Shown here: positions 1 through 10,154 of the stretch, piece after piece
How the letters are laid out: every line of letters begins with the position of its first letter
Position numbering within the stretch: position 1 is the first letter of the stretch
Virus record (IMG/VR): IMGVR_UViG_3300033463_004353
Span: 10,167 to 74,166 of that record
Length of the DNA: 64,000 nucleotides
Direction: 5' to 3' (one strand)
Source of the DNA: a virus
Taxonomy: Duplodnaviria; Caudoviricetes
Position numbers and translations under genes: made by a program
The notes under the pieces: model-generated
Told to the model about the DNA's origin: nothing
Databases searched by the model: none
The model's input: only the letters and a program-made list of their open reading frames with translations

Positions 1-309
1 CCACCAGTCACGGTCACAATTCTCAAGGCCTTCTTGGTTGTTCTCAAGATATTCTAGGTAATAGTCAACAATGCTCTTCTCAGAGCAGTCTTTTATTGAA
101 TAAGCATCTTTACGGATGACATCATTGACATAAGTAGATATCACTAAGAAAGAGTCATCATCTACTTGGTTGTTCTTCTTGTACTTAGCCAACCACTTGT
201 CTACTTTCAACTGGTTTGTCTTGCAAAGGTTGACATTACTGGTCCTACTCACTACTGTTTCCCATATAGATATATTGTGTTGGGAACTATGATATAAGAT
301 AGAAACCAA
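1..309 (-). CDS. Hypothetical protein, runs off the window start (partial)
   Basis: Own translation: open frame from TTG at 309 (VSILYHSSQHNISIWETVVSRT...LEYLENNQEGLENCDRDWW) with no stop before position 1; codon usage matches neighbours; start uncertain. Confidence 0.5.
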   Translation of the reverse strand, partial: MVSILYHSSQHNISIWETVVSRTSNVNLCKTNQLKVDKWLAKYKKNNQVDDDSFLVISTYVNDVIRKDAYSIKDCSEKSIVDYYLEYLENNQEGLENCDRDWW

Positions 310-351
310 TCAGCAAAGAGTTAAAGGATCTAGAGTTTGCTTGCTAGATAT

Positions 352-1449
352 TTAACATGATTTAACATTATCCATTGCCATGGCCTCATCTATGAATGTG
401 TTTGCTGCATTCTCCCAAGTGTATTTCTGCATGACAATCTCTTTCCTTGCTTCACGAATATCTATGCGATCACTGTCATAGTAGTGCCTCATCAAGTGCA
501 CTATCTTGCTAGCCATCTCATTGCATGCTCTAGCATATGTGAACCTATTGCTAAAGCTAGATAGCATCTTGTCTTCTATCATGAATCCAAGAGTGGTTGA
601 CAACCCATATGTCATTGGTGATACCACTTCATTGCCAGCCATCACATTCTCTATAGCTGTTATGCAGAAAGTCTCATAGAATGTGCTTGGGTATGCCCAT
701 ACACGATGCTTCGACATCTCATTATACAGCTCTTCTTTGTTGAATCCTCCAATCTGCTCAAACCATTGCTTGCTAGCAACAGAGCTGAAGTCAACTCCTT
801 TCTCATATGTGCAATGCTTGACTTTGAACTCTGGTATCTCTCTCAACACTAGTGGAGCAACATCATTCACTAATATGTCAAGGCCTCTAGACTTGCAACT
901 AGAGAACAGTATTGAGAAGTCACGCTCACCACTATTGCAATTCTTGAACTTCGAGAAGTCTATTGCATTGATTGTCAGCCTGATTTTGTATGGATTGACA
1001 TGCATTTTGTCTATGAGTGTCTTCTTGTGTGCTTCTGACAAAGCAAACACTCTGTCTACCTCACTTGGTACAACTTCAGAGAAGATTGGCTCACTAGACC
1101 ACCCTAGCCCTTCAACAAATGCCGGATACAAGTCATGGCACATCAAGAATATCTTTGATCCAAGGCTTATGAAGAAGTCCATCACTTCTCTGTATATGAC
1201 TCTTGATATTATAGTGAAGTTTGGCAAATGTGCTCTATCAATTGTCCTTGCATATCTGTAGTATCCGATGTATGTGACATTGTTTGAATCAATGTACAAC
1301 CGGTCATTTGCATTGATGACATATGTCTTGTGGCCCATCTTTGCAAATTGTGAAGCTATGTACATTGTCCAAGTCTCAGAGCCACCAAGAGGATTCTTGA
1401 TGGTGTCTTTGCCATACTCACCTATGAAGTCTACTATTGCAATGTCCAT
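352..1449 (-). CDS. GT-B glycosyltransferase (GT4-like)
   Basis: N-terminal GGSETW...FAKMGH motif and C-terminal YPSTFYETFCITAIE (E-x7-E) motif typical of GT4. Confidence 0.85.
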   Translation of the reverse strand: MDIAIVDFIGEYGKDTIKNPLGGSETWTMYIASQFAKMGHKTYVINANDRLYIDSNNVTYIGYYRYARTIDRAHLPNFTIISRVIYREVMDFFISLGSKIFLMCHDLYPAFVEGLGWSSEPIFSEVVPSEVDRVFALSEAHKKTLIDKMHVNPYKIRLTINAIDFSKFKNCNSGERDFSILFSSCKSRGLDILVNDVAPLVLREIPEFKVKHCTYEKGVDFSSVASKQWFEQIGGFNKEELYNEMSKHRVWAYPSTFYETFCITAIENVMAGNEVVSPMTYGLSTTLGFMIEDKMLSSFSNRFTYARACNEMASKIVHLMRHYYDSDRIDIREARKEIVMQKYTWENAANTFIDEAMAMDNVKSC

Positions 1450-1450
1450 A

Positions 1451-1642
1451 TCAAAACTCTTCTATCAAACCATCAAGTGTGCTGCACACATCTTCTAAGA
1501 ACAAGCTCTCACCACTACCAAAGTCCACAACTGATGGTATCTTGTCTGGCATCATGAAAATCTCACTGTTGTCTACTTCGCTATTCATTTGATGTATAAT
1601 GTCATGTAATTTAAAATAGCTTTGTGATGAATCCCTAATCAA
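1451..1642 (-). CDS. Short protein containing a SAM-binding motif I fragment (VVDFGSG); possible truncated methyltransferase
   Basis: 63-aa ORF ending TGA 1 nt before the GT start; motif I-like sequence but far too short for a Rossmann MTase. Confidence 0.4.
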   Translation of the reverse strand: MIRDSSQSYFKLHDIIHQMNSEVDNSEIFMMPDKIPSVVDFGSGESLFLEDVCSTLDGLIEEF

Positions 1643-1678
1643 TTATTTTTAATAAAAATAGTTCATAAAGATGCTATC

Positions 1679-1855
1679 ATGGCAAAGGACATAATAATAT
1701 TCACTGATGATGATGACTACAATGAGTTTGGTGGTGACTTCTTAGACAACTACATAAATGAGAATTTCCCTTCATCAACTTTCATCATCACTGAAGACAA
1801 CAAAGGTGTGCTCACTAACGAGGAGAATGATGCATATATGACTATGGAGAACTGA
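1679..1855 (+). CDS. Small acidic hypothetical protein (58 aa, not in ORF track)
   Basis: Own translation MAKDIIIFTDDDDYNEFGGDFLDNYINENFPSSTFIITEDNKGVLTNEENDAYMTMEN*; preceded by TTATTTTTAA at 1643-1652. Confidence 0.65.
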   Translation: MAKDIIIFTDDDDYNEFGGDFLDNYINENFPSSTFIITEDNKGVLTNEENDAYMTMEN

Positions 1856-1950
1856 CCTCACAAGCATGAGGTGACTATAGAGCAGACATACAAGCTGCTC
1901 ACATTTTTGTTTGTATATCATTCATAAACATATATCAAGTTTTATCATAA

Positions 1951-2490
1951 ATGGCAATAAATGGCAGAAAGATATCTAGCTTCAGCACTCTGGGCCAGCT
2001 CACTGGCGAAGAGTACTTGATGGTAGCATACAAAGGAAAGACCTACAAGATACCTACTGAGCTGCTAATCTCCAACATGCTTGAGAGCATGACACAAGTC
2101 CGTCGCAATGGTGATGGTGAAGACAACCCTATAACTGTGATCACTAATGATGGCACACAGAGAGTGTTCCACGTGTACAATGGCCAGAAGGGAAGTGAAG
2201 GTGATGAAGGCAAAGAAGGCCCAAAGGGAGAGCGTGGTGACTCAGGAATAGCAATATACAACTATTCAGCAGATGACATAAAGAGCTTGATTGTCAACTC
2301 TCTTGATGGCTCGCAGTATAGTGATGAAGAGCTGACAGAGAGAATGCTCTCAGCTGCTCAAGGCATGATCTTGAACAACCAGATCAAAGACTTGAAAGAA
2401 GTGTACTTTGACACACAAGAAGAGTTTGATGCCGAAGAGAGAGCTGGCAGGATATATGATGACACCAAGTACTACATATTCGAAGAATGA
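1951..2490 (+). CDS. Tail-fibre-associated protein with short collagen-like (G-X-Y) segment
   Basis: GQKGSEGDEGKEGPKGERGDSG; shares the collagen + IVN...SAxQG module with the 2718 protein. Confidence 0.6.
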   Translation: MAINGRKISSFSTLGQLTGEEYLMVAYKGKTYKIPTELLISNMLESMTQVRRNGDGEDNPITVITNDGTQRVFHVYNGQKGSEGDEGKEGPKGERGDSGIAIYNYSADDIKSLIVNSLDGSQYSDEELTERMLSAAQGMILNNQIKDLKEVYFDTQEEFDAEERAGRIYDDTKYYIFEE

Positions 2491-2515
2491 AAAAAACTGA
2501 CAACACCTAAAGCAT

Positions 2516-2689
2516 ATGGCACTATATGTAGACAACAAGCAGATAACAACAATATACAAAGGCAACAGGCACATTGCTGCTATCTACCAAGGCACTAGGT
2601 TGATATGGCAATACATACGCAGCTGCTTTGGTCGTGGGTATTGGATAAATGACAAGCCATGGTCTGACACGGATGGGTGGAAAAACTAA
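2516..2689 (+). CDS. Small tail-fibre-associated protein (57 aa, not in ORF track)
   Basis: Own translation MALYVDNKQITTIYKGNRHIAAIYQGTRLIWQYIRSCFGRGYWINDKPWSDTDGWKN*; IYKG/IYQG repeat and W-rich end resemble small proteins I recall beside Bacteroidota phage tail fibres. Confidence 0.75.
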   Translation: MALYVDNKQITTIYKGNRHIAAIYQGTRLIWQYIRSCFGRGYWINDKPWSDTDGWKN

Positions 2690-2717
2690 AAAGACACATT
2701 GAATCAAGAACACAATC

Positions 2718-5162
2718 ATGATAACAAAAGCAATCAGGGTATCTGACTTGCCATTGATGAAGAATCTGTCTACCAATGGCAAGACAATAATAGCTTCAGG
2801 AAGGCAAAACTACTCTATCTCATTGAGTCAAGTCAAGGGAAAGAGGATAATCAGCTTGAGCGAGATTGAGGCAAACCATAGCGATGGTGACAGGACAAAC
2901 ACCATTGTCATGTCATTTGACACCGGTGAGACTAAGTACTTGACAGTCCTCAATGGCCAAGATGGTGACAAGGGCAAGACTGGCCGTATTGGTGAGAAAG
3001 GTGACAAAGGTGATCCATTCTCAATGGCTGAGGTCCTTAGTCGTGCACAAGATGTGCTAGTTATTGTCAATGACTGTGAGACAGATGACCCGGAGAAAGC
3101 TTGGAGTGCATACCAAGGCAAGACTATGCAAGAATTCTTGAACAGCATCTCTCAAGTCGTGATGACTGATGAAGAGTACCAGTTGAGGTTCAATGAGCAA
3201 GTCTTTGTAGATCTTGAGTTCACCGTTAATAACCCTAACAAGAGCATAGCAATAGTGCACAATGACAATGTTGCCCACAAGACATATGTGAAGTACTGGA
3301 CATATGAAGACAGTGATGAGATGAAGTACTTCATTCTAGACACTGAGAATGGGCAGTTTGTTGAAGCACCTATGTCATTTGACATCTGGGATGACTTCTA
3401 CCTTTCTGACACCACAACAAGATACTTCACAAGAGAGCTTGAGACAACAATAACAAACCAAGACACTGGTGAAGGCATATCTGAGTGGGTATACACTGAA
3501 GTCAAGAAGCCAACATGGATGGATCTTGAGTTTGAGACAAAGGTTGAAGACACTAAGTCAACAATTGTCTACAGTGACACAGAGCTTGGAGATGATGGTG
3601 TCATATCAAAAGATCCTAAAGAAGAGGAGATTGTTGTGTCTCATGTGCCAATCACTTCAATAAGTGTCAATGGAAGTGAAGTGACAATGCCAATCAACAG
3701 CATACTGACTAAGACTATAGACATATTGCCAACAAACTACAAGAACTCACCAATTGGCATCACTTATGATGAGACTAAAGTGCAAGTGTTTGAAGATGGC
3801 AGGATAATGGCTCTTGAAGAGAACTGCACTACAGTGGTGAAGATATTCTCTGTTGAGAATCCTAACATATATGCTGAAGTGACAATCAATGTGATAACTC
3901 TTGTTGAGTCTATTGAGTTCAACGTGCAGTATATCAAGGCATTCAAGGGATATGAGCAGACTATACAAGCAGAAGTCTATCCACCAACAGCATCAGACAA
4001 GACTATTGAGTGGAGCTCTAGTGATGAGTCAATTGCTACTGTTGACCAAAATGGAAAGATAACACTCATATCTGAAGGCAATGTCACTATATATGCTGCA
4101 GCAACAGATGGCAGTGGCAAGATAAGTAGGATTGATGTGACTGTTGACACAGCCGTGTCTGAGATCCAGCTTGAAGACAGCTATGAAGTGCTTATTGGCA
4201 TACCTACAACTATCCATGCAACAGTTCTTCCTGAGAATGCTTCTAACAAAGCTCTTGAGTGGCTGAGTGACAACCAGCAGATAAGTGCTGGTGCTGCTCC
4301 TAATGGAGTTGATGGACAAGTCTACATGGAATCTAAGGTTGATGGCACAATCAATGTACGAGCAATAGATGGCAGTGGCACTACAAAGGCAATATCAATA
4401 ATTGGAAAGACACCTGTCAAGAACATAGAAATTGACACTAATGCCCTGACGCTTGACATTGGTGACAGCCACCAGCTTGTTGCTGTGGCAAATGATGATG
4501 CTGACAACAAGACTATCATATGGGCATCATCAGACCCAACAATTGCTTCTGTGACACAAGATGGATTAGTGAGAGCAGTGAATGGAGGATATGCACAGAT
4601 AACTGCAACAGCTGCAGATGGATCTGGAACAAGTGTCTCTTGCAATGTTCGCTCTGTGATACTGATAACAGACATTGCATTTGCTAGCAACAGCATAGAC
4701 ATATACACCGGAAACACATACAAGATCAACTACACAATCTACCCAGCTGAGATGCAAAGCAGCAACTTGATATGGTACACATCTGATGACACAGTTGCAA
4801 CAGTTGCTAATGGCACTATAACCGGCTTGAGTGAAGGCAAGATAAAAGTATATGCTATGGCTGATGACAACAGTGGCACTATAGCATCGGCAGATGTGAA
4901 TGTGAGCATAGCAACTAGTGAGCTGTTGCTTTCTGACTATGAAGTTGACTTGCATGTTGATGACAACTACCCACTGATTGCAACAGTCATACCAGACGAC
5001 ACAACCAACCAGAATGTTGAGTTCACATCATTAGATCCAACAATAGCATCTGTAGATGTTTCTGGAAACATAACAGCATTGAGAGAAGGCACTACATCAG
5101 TGTTTGTCACAACTACTGATGGAAGCAACTTGAGTGCTGAGTGTGTGATAAATGTTAATTAA
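2718..5162 (+). CDS. Virion surface/tail protein with collagen-like segment and tandem bacterial Ig-like (Big_2) domains
   Basis: Repeated units such as VYPPTASDKTIEWSSSDESIATVDQNGKITLISEGNVTIYAAATDGSG (about 7 copies). Confidence 0.85.
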   Translation: MITKAIRVSDLPLMKNLSTNGKTIIASGRQNYSISLSQVKGKRIISLSEIEANHSDGDRTNTIVMSFDTGETKYLTVLNGQDGDKGKTGRIGEKGDKGDPFSMAEVLSRAQDVLVIVNDCETDDPEKAWSAYQGKTMQEFLNSISQVVMTDEEYQLRFNEQVFVDLEFTVNNPNKSIAIVHNDNVAHKTYVKYWTYEDSDEMKYFILDTENGQFVEAPMSFDIWDDFYLSDTTTRYFTRELETTITNQDTGEGISEWVYTEVKKPTWMDLEFETKVEDTKSTIVYSDTELGDDGVISKDPKEEEIVVSHVPITSISVNGSEVTMPINSILTKTIDILPTNYKNSPIGITYDETKVQVFEDGRIMALEENCTTVVKIFSVENPNIYAEVTINVITLVESIEFNVQYIKAFKGYEQTIQAEVYPPTASDKTIEWSSSDESIATVDQNGKITLISEGNVTIYAAATDGSGKISRIDVTVDTAVSEIQLEDSYEVLIGIPTTIHATVLPENASNKALEWLSDNQQISAGAAPNGVDGQVYMESKVDGTINVRAIDGSGTTKAISIIGKTPVKNIEIDTNALTLDIGDSHQLVAVANDDADNKTIIWASSDPTIASVTQDGLVRAVNGGYAQITATAADGSGTSVSCNVRSVILITDIAFASNSIDIYTGNTYKINYTIYPAEMQSSNLIWYTSDDTVATVANGTITGLSEGKIKVYAMADDNSGTIASADVNVSIATSELLLSDYEVDLHVDDNYPLIATVIPDDTTNQNVEFTSLDPTIASVDVSGNITALREGTTSVFVTTTDGSNLSAECVINVN

Positions 5163-5167
5163 AACTA

Positions 5168-7549
5168 TTGATAGAAGAACAGATGAACACAATAACTGTC
5201 TCTAATTTACCTAGCATAACATTCTACACAGGAGAAGATGCCTATGAGTGTGCATCTGCTGTTGAGAACAGAGAATATGGTTTCCACAGCGACTTCTTTG
5301 GAGACCTCACAAAGACACAAGACTACAACAGCAGATGGTCTTACATGACATCTAGCACATTCTCAGAGAACAAGACTGAATACTCTAACATTGGTGACAT
5401 CATCAATAGCACGGTGTCATACTTGAACAAGTTCAAGAACAATGAGGTGTCTATATCTGTTGACAAGAATGTAGTTGTGTTCAACTATGACTATGAGGAT
5501 GATCTTGATAGCATGTTTGAGAACACATCTGCAATCCCTTCAACTGACTTGATCAACTTGCTCCTCAATGTGAATGACATGACATTCAACAAGCAGAACT
5601 ACTATCGTGGCAACATTGAGCTTCGTGAGATCAGCTATGCACACAAGAAGTATCCTTATCGCCCAGATGGGACACAATACACAGTCAATGACCCTAATGA
5701 TGCATCAATGATAATAAACTATGACTTCAGCAGGCAATTTGTTGACTACAACTACATAGAGACTTCATATGATGTAGCTTATGTTGGATATGTGATGCGT
5801 GAGATAACAACAGCTGATGGCACTATAACATATGTGCCAACCGAGCAGTCATACACCGGATTCAACACATACTACACTTACCAAATCTCAAACATCAATG
5901 ACTTCTCTGACAGGATGAGTGTGTTCTTTGACAACAACACAAGCAAAGTTGAGAGGATGCACAATGACTTGAAGACTTACTTCATGTCTGACCTTGACAC
6001 AATGCTCACACTTTCTCTGAACACATACTCACTTGGTGCAAAGAACTTGTATGCTTACTTCAACTTCTCAAGCAACTTTGACAACTGGTTTGACAATGTC
6101 ATTGCTGTGAATGCAAACTTGTCTCAACTCTCAAGTGGTGATGCTATAGCTACAGTGGCCGGGAATGATGGTGCTTGTATTGATGTTGCAATTGGCACAG
6201 AAAGCTTGATTGGTGGTGCTATCACAATAAGTGGTGACACTACAGTGTCATTTGCTAGTGAAGGGCTGACAGAAGATGAATACACAAAGATATCTCTCAT
6301 CAACCCAATGGAGATGACTAGCATTGACTTGTCACCAATAGCTGGCAAGGTGAAGTCTATAGACTTAGCACCTAAGTATGAGAAACGCACTAGTGTCTCA
6401 AGCTATGTCACTACTGATTGGACTGCACAGCATAGCCCAATGATATCTTCACTTAAGGTTGGCTCATTAGAAACACAGTCTCCAATTGAGAAGATCATCG
6501 GCATAAACACATTGAGGAACACACTAGAAGAGATAGACATAATAAACTGCAATGCACTGAGGAAAGACTTCTCAATATCTAGGATGCCTTGTCTAGAAAA
6601 GTTCATTGCTAGTGGATCATCAGTGAAGACATTTGTCCCTCACCAAGGCAACCACTTCACAAAAGTCAGCTTGCCATCAACGGTGAACACTATAGTGCTG
6701 CACAACAATGAGATTGATGACTTTGACTACATAGTGACAGGATCACTTGTGAATTTGACACTTGACAATGTGTCTGGATTTGACACAAAGGAGTTTGTGA
6801 GTGACTGGGTGCATGCTCTTGAGACAACTATAGTTGAGAGCAATGGTGCCAACATAGACTTGCTGCACCAAGGAATAGTGACAAACACTAACTTGCAAGG
6901 CATATCTTGGCAAGAGTATGAAGTAGGTGAGCTCTTGAAGTTCAAGTGGCTTGGATTGAACAACTTCAGTGGAAGCATATCTGTAGTTGGGAGTGGCAAT
7001 GATGGATCACTGACAAGGCATGAGTACTTGGCACTTCGTGAGACATTTGGTGACACAATGGTGATAGACAAGTCAACTCCAATGCAGCTTGACTACACTA
7101 TAGATGAGATGGCATTCAAGAAGAAAGTCAACTTCTTCAGCATTGAAGAAGACACATTTGAAGGTGTGACAACCGAGAGCTTGATACCAGACTTGAGCAA
7201 AGAGTTCTACTTTGAGATAAATGACCAGACTGGTGGGCACTCATTGTTAGACTACTTTGATGGTGTTGACAGGATTGAGCTTGTGAGGAACAAAGAGAAC
7301 TTTGGATATGAAGTGACATTGCCAACTAAGATATACACTGACAACAATGACAGCTCATCACTCACAAAGCGAATAGAGTCTGGTGATGTCTTGCTTTACA
7401 AAGGCGCAAAGCTCATCCTTGTTTCTAACCGTCCACAGAACTTGCCTAACAGCCAGAACAATGTTGTCTACAACTATGTCAAAGTTGGCAGATTCTTGTT
7501 CAGCCAGCAGAATGCAAAGAAGATACTCATAGAGATTGTGAACAGTTGA
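5168..7549 (+). CDS. Putative tail fibre/receptor-binding protein with LRR-like region and C-terminal cyclophilin-like-fold domain
   Basis: LEEIDIINCNALRKDFSISRMPCLEKF-type LRR-like repeats; C-terminal GDVLLYKGAKLILV...YNYVKVGR; likely start ATG 5183. Confidence 0.5.
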   Translation: MIEEQMNTITVSNLPSITFYTGEDAYECASAVENREYGFHSDFFGDLTKTQDYNSRWSYMTSSTFSENKTEYSNIGDIINSTVSYLNKFKNNEVSISVDKNVVVFNYDYEDDLDSMFENTSAIPSTDLINLLLNVNDMTFNKQNYYRGNIELREISYAHKKYPYRPDGTQYTVNDPNDASMIINYDFSRQFVDYNYIETSYDVAYVGYVMREITTADGTITYVPTEQSYTGFNTYYTYQISNINDFSDRMSVFFDNNTSKVERMHNDLKTYFMSDLDTMLTLSLNTYSLGAKNLYAYFNFSSNFDNWFDNVIAVNANLSQLSSGDAIATVAGNDGACIDVAIGTESLIGGAITISGDTTVSFASEGLTEDEYTKISLINPMEMTSIDLSPIAGKVKSIDLAPKYEKRTSVSSYVTTDWTAQHSPMISSLKVGSLETQSPIEKIIGINTLRNTLEEIDIINCNALRKDFSISRMPCLEKFIASGSSVKTFVPHQGNHFTKVSLPSTVNTIVLHNNEIDDFDYIVTGSLVNLTLDNVSGFDTKEFVSDWVHALETTIVESNGANIDLLHQGIVTNTNLQGISWQEYEVGELLKFKWLGLNNFSGSISVVGSGNDGSLTRHEYLALRETFGDTMVIDKSTPMQLDYTIDEMAFKKKVNFFSIEEDTFEGVTTESLIPDLSKEFYFEINDQTGGHSLLDYFDGVDRIELVRNKENFGYEVTLPTKIYTDNNDSSSLTKRIESGDVLLYKGAKLILVSNRPQNLPNSQNNVVYNYVKVGRFLFSQQNAKKILIEIVNS

Positions 7550-7598
7550 TTAGCTACAAGACACATATATCTATGTACACATATATCTATGCATAAGA

Positions 7599-7622
7599 AA
7601 AGGAGAGCTTAAGCTCTCCTTT
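7599..7622. terminator. Bidirectional rho-independent terminator
   Basis: Perfect inverted repeat AAAGGAGAGCTT/AAGCTCTCCTTT between convergent genes. Confidence 0.8.
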
Positions 7623-7624
7623 CT

Positions 7625-7879
7625 TCATATCTTGAGTGATATGCTCTTCTCATCTCGATCATACGAGACAAGCTTGCACCTCATGCTCTTTATGTTCTTG
7701 TTGTCAAAGACATACTCATATGCACCATCATCATGCAGTATCTGCTCATACTCATACTTGCAATTTGCTAAATTCAAGTCATTGTAGTATAGCTTTCCAC
7801 TGTCTGTATATCCTTTGTAGAAATAGAGATGCACTCTACCATCATCATCTTTGAATATAGTTATGAAACCGGGCAACAT
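7625..7879 (-). CDS. Hypothetical protein
   Basis: 84-aa ORF with typical codon usage; CTATTTTAA motif upstream (7913-7921). Confidence 0.65.
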   Translation of the reverse strand: MLPGFITIFKDDDGRVHLYFYKGYTDSGKLYYNDLNLANCKYEYEQILHDDGAYEYVFDNKNIKSMRCKLVSYDRDEKSISLKI

Positions 7880-7941
7880 AGAAGATATATCTTATGAAAA
7901 CTCACATTAAATTTAAAATAGTCAAGCCTTTGGTGATTTTG

Positions 7942-8415
7942 CTATCTACTCCTGCTTGGTTGTGCAACTTGCCTAGATCTAGTAGATGGTTGTGTCTGTC
8001 GTATCACATGGCTAGGCTTTGAAGGTGGCCTCAAGTTGCTTTGGCTCCTCGAAGTGCTCTGTTGTGGAGACTGTGGCCTTGCATTAGGTGTCTTTGCCCT
8101 AGTTGCAGAGCTATGCCTATTGGTTGTGCTTGGCACATGCCTATAGTGATTGTAGTATGTGTATGGCATTGTACGACGATACAGGTATGTTGCACCACCA
8201 TAGCGATATGGATACCAGTAGTATCCATTATAATAGTAGTACCTCAACCTGCCACCAACATAGTATGGGTTGCCAAATGACACAATTGTCGTCACCTGTG
8301 TCCCAGTGACATACACGGTGCTATCATATTGGTACATGTCATATGCGCATGAGCTAGATATGAGCATCATAGCTAGCATAGCAAGTATGTGCAATGCATT
8401 CTTCAATGTCTTCAT
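7942..8415 (-). CDS. Putative lipoprotein with Tyr-rich core and Pro/Ser/Arg-rich tail
   Basis: Signal peptide MKTLKNALHILAMLAMMLISSS-C with lipobox Cys; YYYYNGYYWYPY core. Confidence 0.7.
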   Translation of the reverse strand: MKTLKNALHILAMLAMMLISSSCAYDMYQYDSTVYVTGTQVTTIVSFGNPYYVGGRLRYYYYNGYYWYPYRYGGATYLYRRTMPYTYYNHYRHVPSTTNRHSSATRAKTPNARPQSPQQSTSRSQSNLRPPSKPSHVIRQTQPSTRSRQVAQPSRSR

Positions 8416-8547
8416 GGTGTCTTGCTATGGTGTTTTTGTATTTTTGCTATTCAATTGAAAAAAATGGCACTTACCAAATGTGATGATAAATGCCAATCTT
8501 TTACTTGTTGTCCAATAGTTGCCCTTTGACTAGATATCAAAAGATGC

Positions 8548-8925
8548 TCAAGGCTCTTCTGGAGCTGGAGTTTCTGTATTGTTTGGATCTTGGTTAGTTG
8601 GATTGCTTGGATCTGGATCAGTTGGATTGCTTGGATCTGGATCAGTTGGATTGCTTGGATCTGGATCAGTTGGAGTGCTTGGATTTTGGTTGTCCTCCTC
8701 AATCTCTTCAATCTCACCAGTCAGCAATGATGCTCTCAACTCGGTGTCAATAGCTTCATACAGAGCTTGATTCTCTTCTGTAGTCATGATTACACCAGCT
8801 TTGATGTCCCACATGAGCTTCTCATACAACTTGCTCTTCTCTGATGCATCGGCATTCTCAATGATGTCTGATATGGTGTAGTTCAAGCCAGTCAATGCTT
8901 GCCAGTTTTGGTCTAGTTGTGCCAT
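8548..8925 (-). CDS. Hypothetical protein with acidic PTDPDPSN tandem repeats
   Basis: ORF track; TTATTATTAA motif upstream (8952-8961). Confidence 0.7.
   Translation of the reverse strand: MAQLDQNWQALTGLNYTISDIIENADASEKSKLYEKLMWDIKAGVIMTTEENQALYEAIDTELRASLLTGEIEEIEEDNQNPSTPTDPDPSNPTDPDPSNPTDPDPSNPTNQDPNNTETPAPEEP
8597..8685. repeat. 24-bp tandem repeat (3 perfect copies + partial)
   Basis: GTTGGATTGCTTGGATCTGGATCA at 8597, 8621, 8645; partial at 8669. Confidence 0.95.
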
Positions 8926-8964
8926 GTCTCAAATAAAATCATATTTGTTTTTTAATAATAAACA

Positions 8965-10059
8965 TCAAGATTTCTTGTCACGTATCTTCTTGAGCAATGA
9001 CTTCTCTTCACTACTAGCCTTTGTTGGCATCTCTGGCTCTATCACTATGATGTAGTCATTGCCATTTATGCCTTCATGTGGTATCTTCACTTGGTCTCCA
9101 GACTTAGAGCATTCTCTCACATCTATTCTAACTGTCTTCCCATTAGGCAAGCTGTGCTTCTTGGTGCATCCAAGTATGCAGTCATAGTATGGGACTCTAA
9201 CTTTCTCATAGATAGCTCTTGTGTATTGGTTTATCACATACCTTGAATTGTCTATAGCATACTTCACCACTACAATCAAGTCACCATTGGTAGACCCTGG
9301 CTCTTTGCCTTCACTGCCCATTCCTGTGAACCTCAGCATTGCTCCTTCTTCAACAAATGGCTTTATGCTCAACTTTATCTTCCTAGTTGACTTCTCAAAC
9401 CCAGTGCCATTGCAGTTGTTGCACTTCTTCTTCACAACCTTCCCATTACCATGGCAATGTTGGCATATTGTCTGTTGCTTGATTATGCCCATTGGTGTGT
9501 AGCTTGTCTCAACATGCATTCCAGTACCATTGCAATATGGGCACTTCTCAACTTCTCCACCACTGCCATGGCACTCTTTGCACCTTATGTCAACTGGTAT
9601 CTCAATCTCTTTAGATACACCATTGAACAGCTCTTCAACAGTCATGTTGTACTCTATCTTCAAAGTAGTGCCTGGCTCTTTCTCAAACTTTTGTGAGTGG
9701 TAGCTATGGCTGAAGAAGCTGTCAAACCCACTGTGCATGCCATTCATCCTCCTTATGATGTCTTCCAAGTCATCACTAAAGCCATCTTGTTGGGTGTATT
9801 GTCCACTCTGGAACTTTTGCCAATCATCACCATACTTGTCATACATCTGCCTCTTGCTTTGGTCAGAAAGCACTTCATAAGCCTCTGATATCTCTTTGAA
9901 CTTCTCTTCAGCAGCCTTCCGATCTTTCTCTGGCTTATCAGTCCACTTGTCTGGATGGTACTTGACTGCACCCTTTCGATAGCTTCTCTTTATCTCATCT
10001 TCAGATGCATCTCTACTAACTCCTAATATGTCATAATAGCTCTTACTAGCCATAGTCAA
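8965..10059 (-). CDS. dnaJ: Class A DnaJ chaperone
   Basis: J domain with HPD, G/F-like linker, four CxxCxGxG zinc motifs, C-terminal domain. Confidence 0.95.
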   Translation of the reverse strand: MTMASKSYYDILGVSRDASEDEIKRSYRKGAVKYHPDKWTDKPEKDRKAAEEKFKEISEAYEVLSDQSKRQMYDKYGDDWQKFQSGQYTQQDGFSDDLEDIIRRMNGMHSGFDSFFSHSYHSQKFEKEPGTTLKIEYNMTVEELFNGVSKEIEIPVDIRCKECHGSGGEVEKCPYCNGTGMHVETSYTPMGIIKQQTICQHCHGNGKVVKKKCNNCNGTGFEKSTRKIKLSIKPFVEEGAMLRFTGMGSEGKEPGSTNGDLIVVVKYAIDNSRYVINQYTRAIYEKVRVPYYDCILGCTKKHSLPNGKTVRIDVRECSKSGDQVKIPHEGINGNDYIIVIEPEMPTKASSEEKSLLKKIRDKKS

Positions 10060-10154
10060 AAAATCATTTTGGTTGTGTCTCTTTTAAAGCTGGCCTAGCT
10101 ACATGAGCAACTAGACCAGCATGATCTAATAATCCTATTTTGCTTTTGTGCTTG

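Noticed and set aside
1853-1933. UGA followed by a small hairpin (ACCTCA-CAAGCA-TGAGGT) and 23 in-frame sense codons, suggesting selenocysteine or read-through
   Set aside because: No redox motif around the UGA, the hairpin does not resemble a bacterial SECIS that I can verify, and other UGAs act as stops; more likely chance or a weak terminator.
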